Assembly (NCBI GenBank): GCA_964607485.1
Contig: CAZSKP010000015.1
Location: forward strand, 46,198 to 110,197
Source of the DNA: an uncultured bacterium
GTDB taxonomy: Bacteria > Abyssobacteria > SURF-5
DNA length: 64,000 nt
Direction: 5' to 3'
Of this stretch, positions 10,340 through 18,783 are shown one piece after another. The notes beneath the pieces were generated by a model, which saw nothing but the letters and a program-made list of their open reading frames with translations, was not told the DNA's origin and did no database searches. The stretch's first letter is position 1. Each line of letters opens with the position of its first letter. A program made the translations under genes and the position numbers.

Positions 10340-10963
10340 TTATTTCTGTTCGTCCAGCTTGACGCGGGTGCTGATGAACACGTGGTCGTCCTCTATCGAG
10401 TAGGCGAGACCGGTCTGCTGACAGATGCGCGTTATGATGGTCCTGAGCGGCAGCGGGTTGTCTGTCCTGATGCTGACTTCCGAATCCAGCAGGCCCTTGG
10501 ATTCGGCGAGCACCGTCTCATCCACTATGATGTTCACATCGGTCAAGAATGTAAGCGACTTGGCGACGTTGCGGACGTCCTCCTCCGAGAAATCCACCTG
10601 AACCAGTTGATTCAGCTTCTGGTAAAACTTGTCCTGGGCCTCGCCCTTGTCCTTTATCTCTTCGATGACTTTCTTGCAGCACTCTATCGATTCATCCACC
10701 ATGCGATCGATGCCGTGTGGACGCTCGTCGGGCAGGTTGGGATAATCTTTCCAGATGTTCTCGTACCCGCGGAGCGCCTCTCTGTACTTCCGCAGCGCGA
10801 GCGCGTAGTCCTTTCCCTCGAGCGCTTCCGCAGCCTGTTCCTCTATGGGTTTCACCTCGTGCAGAAACACGAACAGCGCGGATTTTTGAATCTCGAACGC
10901 CCCGACCTCGACCGAGGTCATGCACGACAACAGGACGATGAGAAGCAACGTCGCTCGCTTCAT
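10340..10963 (-). CDS. Secreted hypothetical protein with helical N-part and STN/secretin-N-like C-terminal domain
   Basis: Signal peptide; C-terminal VQVDFSEEDVRNVAKSL...VNIIVD...VSI...PLRTIITRIC..TGLAYSIEDDHVFIST pattern; ATGA overlap with upstream PHP gene. Confidence 0.6.
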   Translation of the reverse strand: MKRATLLLIVLLSCMTSVEVGAFEIQKSALFVFLHEVKPIEEQAAEALEGKDYALALRKYREALRGYENIWKDYPNLPDERPHGIDRMVDESIECCKKVIEEIKDKGEAQDKFYQKLNQLVQVDFSEEDVRNVAKSLTFLTDVNIIVDETVLAESKGLLDSEVSIRTDNPLPLRTIITRICQQTGLAYSIEDDHVFISTRVKLDEQK

Positions 10964-11667
10964 CGGCTTTCACCCGACAGCAAATTGCGGAAAGTTCCCG
11001 AAATGTTGTCGTAGATGTGCTCCAACCCATGTTTGCCGAACTCTATCAGCTTCAGCGGATTGGCGGCGATCTCGAGGCGGCCGGCCTTGACGGCGTCGAT
11101 TATGGCCTCCGTGTTTTTTTCGGCCTCGACGAGCGAGTAGGCCGAGCCGAATTTCTCCAGGTGATGACAATCGGACGTGCACACCAGCGGGAGCCCATGC
11201 TTCGCGGCCGTCCGGAGGGCGAACATGTTGAAATTTATCCGGCTGTGATAGAACCATGAAAATTCTAACGCATCAAACACATCGATGTTTCTTCCCACAA
11301 GCCACATGAGAGAAGAAAAGTCGGGGAAATATGGATGAGGAGCCACGACCATATTCTCAGGAGTTCGGAGCCTCCTCAGGTCGTCAAGGCTGCGTGCCTC
11401 GAGGATTTCATCGCGCGCGTTCACAACAAGCACGTGCTTTCCCCGGATATTCGCCTCGACGCCCGGAATGAGAACAATTCCCCGCTCACGCGCATAGTCC
11501 CGCAGATAGCTGCTGAAAGAAACGGCGTTGTGATTCGTGATGCTTATCGCGTCGAATCCCAGGTAGTACGCCTTATCTATCAACTCACAGCTTGTGTGCA
11601 GGACTGGCTCTTCCGGGTCGTCTGCAGTGTGTGTATGAAGGTCGACTTTCAGAAATTTCTTGGGCAT
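10960..11667 (-). CDS. PHP-domain metal-dependent phosphoesterase (start approximate)
   Basis: KVDLHTHT, AISITNHN, IPGVE, VAPHP, TSDCH motifs. Confidence 0.9.
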   Translation of the reverse strand: MPKKFLKVDLHTHTADDPEEPVLHTSCELIDKAYYLGFDAISITNHNAVSFSSYLRDYARERGIVLIPGVEANIRGKHVLVVNARDEILEARSLDDLRRLRTPENMVVAPHPYFPDFSSLMWLVGRNIDVFDALEFSWFYHSRINFNMFALRTAAKHGLPLVCTSDCHHLEKFGSAYSLVEAEKNTEAIIDAVKAGRLEIAANPLKLIEFGKHGLEHIYDNISGTFRNLLSGESR

Positions 11668-11766
11668 CTCAACTTCGATTTCTCTCATCAGGCGAAGCTT
11701 CTCCCACAATTTTAGTTGTGCAAAACAGATTTGTCAACGATGCCAGTGTTACATCAGTTATTCTGG

Positions 11767-11782
11767 TGCATAATTTGTGCCA
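11767..11782 (-). promoter_or_regulatory. sigma54-like -24/-12 promoter facing the PHP gene
   Basis: Minus strand TGGCACAAATTATGCA (GG-N10-GC). Confidence 0.55.
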
Positions 11783-11810
11783 GAAAAAGATTCGCTCAGC
11801 CTCCCGACGA

Positions 11811-11839
11811 TTGACTTTTCATATTTCGGGAAATATAAT
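11811..11839 (+). promoter_or_regulatory. sigma70 promoter of the kinase-Clp operon
   Basis: TTGACT-N17-TATAAT upstream of a GGAGG SD and GTG 11885. Confidence 0.7.
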
Positions 11840-11884
11840 GCGGAAGGAGCGGAGTGTGTCCCAACTCTGAGGGAGGGGGCTCTG

Positions 11885-14089
11885 GTGTTCGATATTGGCC
11901 AGTGGATTGAAGACCAATATCTCGTCCTCGAACGACACCGCGGCAGGCGGTGGACCGTCTATGTGGTGCAGGACCGCATTTCGGAGAATGTGTTCGTCAT
12001 CAAGAGACCCTCGGAAGTTCTGCTTCCCGACCCCCTCGCGGCGGACCATTTCGTCAACGAAGCGAGAATCTGGATAAACATCGGCGAATGCGATGAGGTC
12101 GTCAACGCGTACCTTATCAAGGAGTTTGAGGGAATACCCCACCTGTTCCTTGAGTACACTGACGGCCCCAGTCTCGAAGACATCCTAAGCTCGCGCCCCG
12201 GGAAACCGCTCCCCACCGACCAGGCCGTCGCCCTCATGAGGCAGCTCATTAACGGCATGAAGTTTCTTCATTCGGCGAGTCTGACGCCTGGAAATCGGGG
12301 TGTCGTACACGGCAGCCTGACCCCCCACGCCATCTTGACCAAATCGGGGAACATCAAGATAACCGACGTCGGCCTGGCCCACGCGTTGCGCCAGTCTTCC
12401 AGGATGCTTAATGCCGGCCACTTTCTCTGGGACATTTCATACATGGCGCCCGAGCAGTTACAGGACCTCCGCGAGGCCGACAAACTGACCGATATTTACT
12501 CGTTCGGTGCAATAATGTACGAAGTCGCGACGGGTACGTCGCCGATGATGGGGAAAAAACCCGAGGACCCCTTGAGCGACATCGTCCGGTTCGAGCCGGC
12601 TCACCCCCGGACGCGCAATCGCTCGTGCCCTCGGTGGCTGGAGGAAACGATTCTGAAATGCATGGCGCGGGAGCGGGCAAACCGCTTCCAGAGCTTCGAG
12701 CTGATTGACGCGTTCGTGAGCGAAGTGCTCAGGGGAGAGGAGGAAGCCTCGCCGGCTCGTGACGCGAAGGAGGAAACGGATTCCGCCCATACCTCGCGGG
12801 TGGCGCGTGTGCGCGGAGTGGCGAAGAAGGAATCGCGCCGGCTCGACCACTATTACGTCGGCGTCGAACACCTGATGCTCGGCCTCATTGCCGAAGAGGA
12901 AAGCGTCGTTGTGAGTTGTTTCGGCGACGCGGTAGACGCGGAACGGCTCCGTTCGGAAATTCTCTCCCATTTGCCGAAGGGGGAGGGGCCGTGGTATTGG
13001 GACGATATAAGAAAGACCCCGCGGTACAAACGCGTAATGAAGCTGGCGCGCAAGATAAAACGGGAACACAGCGACGACCGCATGCTCCCACAACACATCC
13101 TCCTCGCGATACTGAAGGAGGGACGGAACGTGCCGGTCCGCGTGCTCAAGGGATTGAACGTCGATGTCAAAGCCGCGGCCCGAAACCTGCGGCGGGAGAT
13201 GAAGCGCAGAAGGCCGGCAATCTTCGTTGCCGATTCCGAACCTGGCGCGATTAGTTTCACGATCAAGGTGGCCTGCACGACCGACATCCCCTGTTCCATT
13301 CCCTTCGTCGGCCGGCGCTCGGAACTGGAAAGAGCTCGCGGGCTGCTCCTCGACGACAGAAGAAGCGTCATGATAGTGGGCGAACCGGGGGTCGGAAAGA
13401 CGGCCTTCGTGCACGAACTTGAGTGTCTTGTTTCGGAAGCGTCGGGCGACGCAGGGCGCGAGAGCGGCGGCCTGGTCAAACTTCACGTCGCGTCCCTCAT
13501 CGCGAGCACCGAGGGAGGGGAACAGATTATCTCTAATCTCACGGACGCCATCAACTCGGTCGTCGGTTCCAAATCCATCCTGGTGATAGAGGACCTTCCG
13601 GTGGTTGTCGGCCTCGGCGGAAAACTGCCGCCGGGGGCTGTCGGCAGGATGCTCGAAGAGTACATCGTGTCCAAAGGGCTGGTCGTCGTGGCAACGACCA
13701 CGCGCGCAGGGTACGTGTCGTGCGAAGCGGAGCACGAGAACCTGGTCCCGTTTCTCGAAGTGATAAACCTGCGCGAGCCTTCGAGTGAAGAGACGTTCGA
13801 GATGCTGGTGGCGGCGAAGGAGACTCTTGAGAACGAGCACTCCGTCAGGATCGTCGATGAGGCGCTGACCGCCTCGGTCGACCTTTCGCGAGAGATCCAG
13901 GGGAGAGCGCTTCCTGCAAGGGCGTTCGAGCTGCTCGACCGCGCATGCGTCGGCGCGAGGTTGAGCGCAAGCACGCCTGAGCAGGCTCGCGAGCAGATCG
14001 TCATCGATGCGGAACGAGTGGAATATGCCCTGGCCGAAGCTCGGCAGCTCGAGCGGGCTCGGTCCGACCAAGAGCGTGGAGTCGTATAG
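11885..14089 (+). CDS. Fusion of Hanks-type (pseudo)kinase, Clp N-terminal domain and ClpA/B NBD1-like AAA+ domain
   Basis: Kinase fold (VIK, FVNEAR, LEY, HGSLTPHA, KITDVGL, YMAPEQ, DIYSFG); ClpN repeats (HYYVGVEHLMLGL, TPRYKRVMKLA...QHILLAILKE); FVGR, GEPGVGKT, EPS..E, RALPARAFELLDRAC; start moved to GTG 11885. Confidence 0.88.
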   Translation: MFDIGQWIEDQYLVLERHRGRRWTVYVVQDRISENVFVIKRPSEVLLPDPLAADHFVNEARIWINIGECDEVVNAYLIKEFEGIPHLFLEYTDGPSLEDILSSRPGKPLPTDQAVALMRQLINGMKFLHSASLTPGNRGVVHGSLTPHAILTKSGNIKITDVGLAHALRQSSRMLNAGHFLWDISYMAPEQLQDLREADKLTDIYSFGAIMYEVATGTSPMMGKKPEDPLSDIVRFEPAHPRTRNRSCPRWLEETILKCMARERANRFQSFELIDAFVSEVLRGEEEASPARDAKEETDSAHTSRVARVRGVAKKESRRLDHYYVGVEHLMLGLIAEEESVVVSCFGDAVDAERLRSEILSHLPKGEGPWYWDDIRKTPRYKRVMKLARKIKREHSDDRMLPQHILLAILKEGRNVPVRVLKGLNVDVKAAARNLRREMKRRRPAIFVADSEPGAISFTIKVACTTDIPCSIPFVGRRSELERARGLLLDDRRSVMIVGEPGVGKTAFVHELECLVSEASGDAGRESGGLVKLHVASLIASTEGGEQIISNLTDAINSVVGSKSILVIEDLPVVVGLGGKLPPGAVGRMLEEYIVSKGLVVVATTTRAGYVSCEAEHENLVPFLEVINLREPSSEETFEMLVAAKETLENEHSVRIVDEALTASVDLSREIQGRALPARAFELLDRACVGARLSASTPEQAREQIVIDAERVEYALAEARQLERARSDQERGVV

Positions 14090-14440
14090 TTGAAGTCCGA
14101 CAAGTCCCCCGCCGGGAAAACCGATAAAATCATCGTCGAGGTCATGAACGGGCCTGAGGACGGGCGCGTTGTCGTGTGCGACAAGATTCCTGTATCGATA
14201 GGCAGAGGAACCGACAACCGAGTATGCATTCCCTACGACCATCTCGTTTCGCGGCATCACGCCAAGATCGCAGGATCAGAGGGTAAGTTTCTCCTGTGCG
14301 ATTTGAACAGCACCAACGGCACTTTCGTGGGGAGCGAACGGGTTCGGGAAGACACGCCCATTGAGCCCAACAAGCTGTTTCGCGTGGGCGCGACCCTGCT
14401 GATGCTCAAACTCCGCTCAGCCGACGCATCGCCGAAATAG
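14090..14440 (+). CDS. Stand-alone FHA domain protein
   Basis: SIGR, VSRHHA, DLNSTNGTFV: canonical pThr-binding residues present. Confidence 0.93.
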   Translation: MKSDKSPAGKTDKIIVEVMNGPEDGRVVVCDKIPVSIGRGTDNRVCIPYDHLVSRHHAKIAGSEGKFLLCDLNSTNGTFVGSERVREDTPIEPNKLFRVGATLLMLKLRSADASPK

Positions 14441-14458
14441 ACGAGGAGCGTGACGTCC

Positions 14459-16360
14459 ATGGCACATGAGAAGGAGCCTGCGGCCGCCCGAAATCGTACG
14501 AAACACCGCCGCAAGCTTCCCTGCGCCAACCACCCGAGAAATCCCGCCGCAGCCCGCTGCGAGGTCTGTGGAAATCCGATATGCAGGGAGTGCGTGCAGT
14601 TCTACGACGGCGCGCACATCTGCGGTGAGCTGTGCTGGAACAAGAAGCGGTTGGACGAATCGGCAAAAGCCTCCAAAGAGGACAGGCTCCGGCGGCGACA
14701 AAAGGAAAAGAAAGCAAACCGTGCCGTGACGGTGGGGCTGTTGGCGGCGCTGGTCGTGGTTCTGGGGGCGGTCGGCGCTTTCGTGTACACTGTCGTGTCC
14801 GACCACTCGGGAGACAAAGCCTGGGAATTCGAGAATCCGGGAGGGTCCTTCGATTACGCGGTCCGACCGAACCTGAACTCCGTCTTCCTTCTGTCGGCGG
14901 ACGGAAACGTAGAGACAATCGACGCCTTGACCGGCGTGCTAAAATGGCGCGTCAAATTGCCCGAGAGGTCCGGCCACTCGGAACTGATGATAATCGATGA
15001 AGACCACTGTCTCGTCTATTTCGGGAACACGGTCTTGCTCTGTAAATCGGGCCGAGCGGCGCCGGCGTGGGAATTCAGTGCACCACAGCCTTTTCTGTGC
15101 GCCGAGCCGGTGCATTTGGATGACCGTCTCTACGCGGTAAGCTCCCCGGTCGGCTCCTTCTTCCAGGTGTTTCCCGAGCTGGAAGAGATGAGGTCTGCGC
15201 TCTTGATGTCTCCCGAGCTCGAATCGCTGAGGTCCGTGGTCCGGGCGCCGAGGCCGCAGTCAGATTCGGCCGGCGCAATCCCGCCCCCACGGGAACAACC
15301 GGAGACGGCCGGCGAGCAAGCCGAAGTGGAGCGGCTCTCCACGGTCAGCGCCGTGGACATGGCCTCCGGCAAAGGACTGTGGGACACCGAACTGGTAGGT
15401 CTTAGGGTCGAGGGCCTGCTGGCGGATGAAAGTCGGGTCTACGCGGTCGGCTATCAGTGGAGAGAATACGGGAGGTACGGCGCGGCCCCGGAACCGGAAG
15501 AGCCCAAACAGGAGGACTCCGCCGGCGACCAAGAAGCCTCACACGTCAGCTCCACCCAGCTTTGGGCGCTGAACGCGACAACCGGCGAGCCGGAGTGGAA
15601 GCTGGAAGGGATGGGCAATTTTCTGGTTTCTCCCATGAAGAGCGACGAGGGCATCGTCTTCTCGACAATGGAGAATATCTACTTGATCTCGCCCGAGGGA
15701 AAGATAAAATGGAAATATTCCCTCGGCGAGAGAGGTGTTTACGCGTTTCAGCCGAGCTATGACAAGCTCTTTGTCTCAACGGGCGACGGATTCCTTGTCT
15801 GCATCGACCTCGCCTCCGGACGCGAAAAGTGGACGACCGAGGTCGGCATGGGAGCCGACAGGATAGTCGTCAGTTCTCCGCTCGCATACGTCTCGTCACT
15901 GGTCAAGGTGGAGAAGGAAGCCCGGAGAGTAATAATGACGAAACGCTGGAAGGGGTCGGAGGACCTGTTGAAAAAAGCGCTGAAGCGAGACGAAGTGAGC
16001 TATGAAAGAGTCATCCACGGCATCGACGTCGAGAGCGGTGAGACGCGCTGGTCGATTCCGAAGATCGAGGGCGAGTTCGAATATGGGCGGGGATTTCTGT
16101 ACGCGTTGCGCTATTTCGAGAGGCTGCAACTCCTCGATGCCTCGGTCGACTCCAGCCAGATAGCCAAGACGGTGTCGAATCTGGGCGCGTACGACTGCCT
16201 GACCGGCGAGAAAGTCTGGGAGACCGGTATTGACGGCTACGCATCGGACCTGCGTCTGACCCCATTCGTCGGCATCGTGAAGTCACGCTCGCAAGTGCTT
16301 ACCGTCGGCGCGGCGGCCGAACAGCGTCCCGGACGCCTGATCGGAATTTCTCTCGAGTGA
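14459..16360 (+). CDS. B-box zinc finger + single TM + PQQ-like beta-propeller protein
   Basis: CANHP...CEVCGNPICREC...ICGELC; hydrophobic helix VTVGLLAALVVVLGAVGAFVY; repeated D..TG...W motifs (DALTGVLKW, DMASGKGLW, NATTGEPEW, DLASGREKW, DVESGETRW, DCLTGEKVW). Confidence 0.85.
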   Translation: MAHEKEPAAARNRTKHRRKLPCANHPRNPAAARCEVCGNPICRECVQFYDGAHICGELCWNKKRLDESAKASKEDRLRRRQKEKKANRAVTVGLLAALVVVLGAVGAFVYTVVSDHSGDKAWEFENPGGSFDYAVRPNLNSVFLLSADGNVETIDALTGVLKWRVKLPERSGHSELMIIDEDHCLVYFGNTVLLCKSGRAAPAWEFSAPQPFLCAEPVHLDDRLYAVSSPVGSFFQVFPELEEMRSALLMSPELESLRSVVRAPRPQSDSAGAIPPPREQPETAGEQAEVERLSTVSAVDMASGKGLWDTELVGLRVEGLLADESRVYAVGYQWREYGRYGAAPEPEEPKQEDSAGDQEASHVSSTQLWALNATTGEPEWKLEGMGNFLVSPMKSDEGIVFSTMENIYLISPEGKIKWKYSLGERGVYAFQPSYDKLFVSTGDGFLVCIDLASGREKWTTEVGMGADRIVVSSPLAYVSSLVKVEKEARRVIMTKRWKGSEDLLKKALKRDEVSYERVIHGIDVESGETRWSIPKIEGEFEYGRGFLYALRYFERLQLLDASVDSSQIAKTVSNLGAYDCLTGEKVWETGIDGYASDLRLTPFVGIVKSRSQVLTVGAAAEQRPGRLIGISLE

Positions 16361-16386
16361 ACGGCAGATGAACAATCTGGGAGACT

Positions 16387-17511
16387 ATGACCGGGAACAG
16401 GAGAAAAGAGGCAGGTCCCTCCCGCGGCGAGGCCGTCGCCAACTACATCACCGACCTTCTTAAGAACTCTATCGAGATAGTCACCGACTATTCCTGCAAG
16501 TATCATCCCGACCGCGCCGCCACCGCCGTCTGCGAATGGTGCAGCGCCGACCTTTGCTCCGATTGCGCGCACGTTCGAGGCCATCGGCTCGTGTGCCGCA
16601 ATTGCATGGGCTCACTCGACAGGACGTTTGCGGGAACGGGCGCCGCGTCGGTTCTGACGCGGCTGCTCACGCACCCAATTGTGGTCGCATTGGTGCTGAC
16701 GACATTGCTCGGAGGCCTGCTCGTCGGCCTCGGCAGGATTCATCGCAAGGGACTGCTGGGGGAAGTTCCGGCGACCGCCAGCGGGGTCGAAAAACAGTTT
16801 CGTCTGAAGCTCGTCCTGTATGCGCAGAAAGCCGACCGCATCGAAACCCACGCCGATGAACTCCAGAAAGTCGGCCGCACCGATGAGGCGGCGGCGGACT
16901 ATGACCGCGCCAGGTCCATCCACGAGATGCTGGCCCGCGAGGCCGCCGGCAGATGGGAGGAGCAGGCTTTCACTCTGGCGAGAGCGAGAATCCTGGAAAA
17001 AACGGGCGAACGCGCCTATGCCCAAGGGCTGTACGAAAACGTCGCCAACCTGCCCGGCGCAGACAAAACCTATCCCGTCATCGCGCAGTTTCATCTGGCC
17101 AAACTCCAGGAAAAGACGAACCCGGAAGAGGCGGTGGCGACGTACACGCGACTCCTGCGCGACGTCAACTTCGTTCCCGACAATTTCTCCCGCGCGGTCA
17201 ACATGATGGCGCATTCGCAGGGCGCTTACAACTACGACAGCCGGATACAATTTCACACGCGCACCGACTTCGATTTCGACACGGTCAAAGTGGAGACGCT
17301 GCTGGAGATGGGTCGGCTGTTGGCTGCTATGGGACGTACCGACGAGGCTGCGTTCAGACTGGGGCAGGCGGCCAACGAGGGATTTGGCACGAAGCTGGGC
17401 GAGCAGGCCACGGCTGAACTCAGGAAGCTCCACACCGTCGATGTGCCCGAGGAACCTCCCGAAGAAGAGGCCGAGAAAGAAGAAGAACTGACCATAACTC
17501 ACTTCGACTGA
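16387..17511 (+). CDS. B-box zinc finger + TM + TPR-like protein
   Basis: CKYHP...CEWCSADLCSDC...VCRNC; TM IVVALVLTTLLGGLLVGL; TPR-like helices; acidic C-terminal tail. Confidence 0.82.
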   Translation: MTGNRRKEAGPSRGEAVANYITDLLKNSIEIVTDYSCKYHPDRAATAVCEWCSADLCSDCAHVRGHRLVCRNCMGSLDRTFAGTGAASVLTRLLTHPIVVALVLTTLLGGLLVGLGRIHRKGLLGEVPATASGVEKQFRLKLVLYAQKADRIETHADELQKVGRTDEAAADYDRARSIHEMLAREAAGRWEEQAFTLARARILEKTGERAYAQGLYENVANLPGADKTYPVIAQFHLAKLQEKTNPEEAVATYTRLLRDVNFVPDNFSRAVNMMAHSQGAYNYDSRIQFHTRTDFDFDTVKVETLLEMGRLLAAMGRTDEAAFRLGQAANEGFGTKLGEQATAELRKLHTVDVPEEPPEEEAEKEEELTITHFD

Positions 17512-17547
17512 CGCCCGCGGCCGCTGCTGACGTCATGAGGACGGAAT

Positions 17548-18768
17548 ATGCTTTTTCCGGTCAAAATTGAGACAGAGATAGAAAAGTTTCCGATCTTCAC
17601 CTATCTCATAATAGTCGCAAACGCGGTCGTATTCCTGTCCATGCGGTTCCTTCCCGCGTCGGCGCTGGAAATGGCGTATTACGATTACGGATTCATCCCC
17701 GACCACATCGACGCCGTCTCGATGTTCACGTCGCTGTTTGTCCACGCGGGCTGGCTGCACATCGTTGGCAACATGTATTTTCTGTGGCTGTTTGGGCGGG
17801 CGGTGGAACAGCGATTGAACAGAGTGCTGTACGTGATCCTGTACTTCAGCAGCGGAGCGGCAGGCGGCCTCCTGCATGCGGGACTGACGCCCGCGTACAT
17901 GGCCGACATTCCCTGTATCGGCGCCTCGGGCGCAATCTCGGGTGTGCTCGGCACCTACATGATTCTGTATCCGTGGGAGGAAGTGTACTGCATCTACTTT
18001 TCTTTCACGATGAGATATGCCACTTCCATAACTCTGTCCAGCGTCTGGGTGCTGGGCTCGTGGTTCGTGCTGCAGTTTGCGGACGCGCTCTGGTTCACGC
18101 CGCAGACGGCGGAAGCTACGGTCGCATTCTGGGCTCACATCGGCGGGTTCGTGTTTGGCGGGCTGGTTGCGGCGGTCCTGAAGTACTCCGCCGCCTTTGC
18201 CGGTATGCTTCGCAGGCGTTCGGTCGTAATCGCACTCGAGGAATATTCCGACCTCCTCCACAAAGGCAGGACCGACGAGGCGGAGGAGAGATTGAAGACG
18301 GCCCTGAAGGCCGCACCATCGAACGCGCTCGTTCTCGGCGAGCTGGGAAGAATCGAGTTGCGCCGCGACAACCGGAGGGGTGCGCGAAAGCTGCTCCGCC
18401 GCTCCCTGAAGAAGGCTCTCAAGCAGAAGGACGACGCAAAAGCCGTGGCCGCATACTTTTCGTTGGTCGCGGCCCGGGAAGATCCTCCCAGCAACTCGCA
18501 GCGTCTCGTCATCGGCCGAAGGTTTGCGCGTTTGAAGAAGTACGGCCATGCCCTCGGAATCATGGGCGGCGCGTTCAAGCCCGACGCCGAGATGCACGGC
18601 CTGGATATGCTGCTGTACGAGATTGCGGAAATCTTCGCCGGCCCGCTGAAGGATTGGGGCCGTGCCGAGGCATCCTACAGGCTGCTGCGAGAGCTGTTTC
18701 CCCATTCTCCCCGCAGTCTGGACGCGGAATACCAGCTTCGCAAGTTGCAGGCGAAAGGAAGGGCCTGA
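17548..18768 (+). CDS. Rhomboid intramembrane serine protease with C-terminal TPR-like domain
   Basis: FVHAGWLHIVGNM, GASGA (catalytic Ser), WAHIGG (catalytic His), then a helical repeat domain. Confidence 0.93.
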   Translation: MLFPVKIETEIEKFPIFTYLIIVANAVVFLSMRFLPASALEMAYYDYGFIPDHIDAVSMFTSLFVHAGWLHIVGNMYFLWLFGRAVEQRLNRVLYVILYFSSGAAGGLLHAGLTPAYMADIPCIGASGAISGVLGTYMILYPWEEVYCIYFSFTMRYATSITLSSVWVLGSWFVLQFADALWFTPQTAEATVAFWAHIGGFVFGGLVAAVLKYSAAFAGMLRRRSVVIALEEYSDLLHKGRTDEAEERLKTALKAAPSNALVLGELGRIELRRDNRRGARKLLRRSLKKALKQKDDAKAVAAYFSLVAAREDPPSNSQRLVIGRRFARLKKYGHALGIMGGAFKPDAEMHGLDMLLYEIAEIFAGPLKDWGRAEASYRLLRELFPHSPRSLDAEYQLRKLQAKGRA

Positions 18769-18783
18769 GCCGGCCAGAGAGGC

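Noticed and set aside
11885-18768. Type VI secretion locus (ClpV/Fha/PpkA)
   Set aside because: No TssB/C, Hcp, VgrG, baseplate or membrane-complex genes; the Clp part has a single degenerate NBD.
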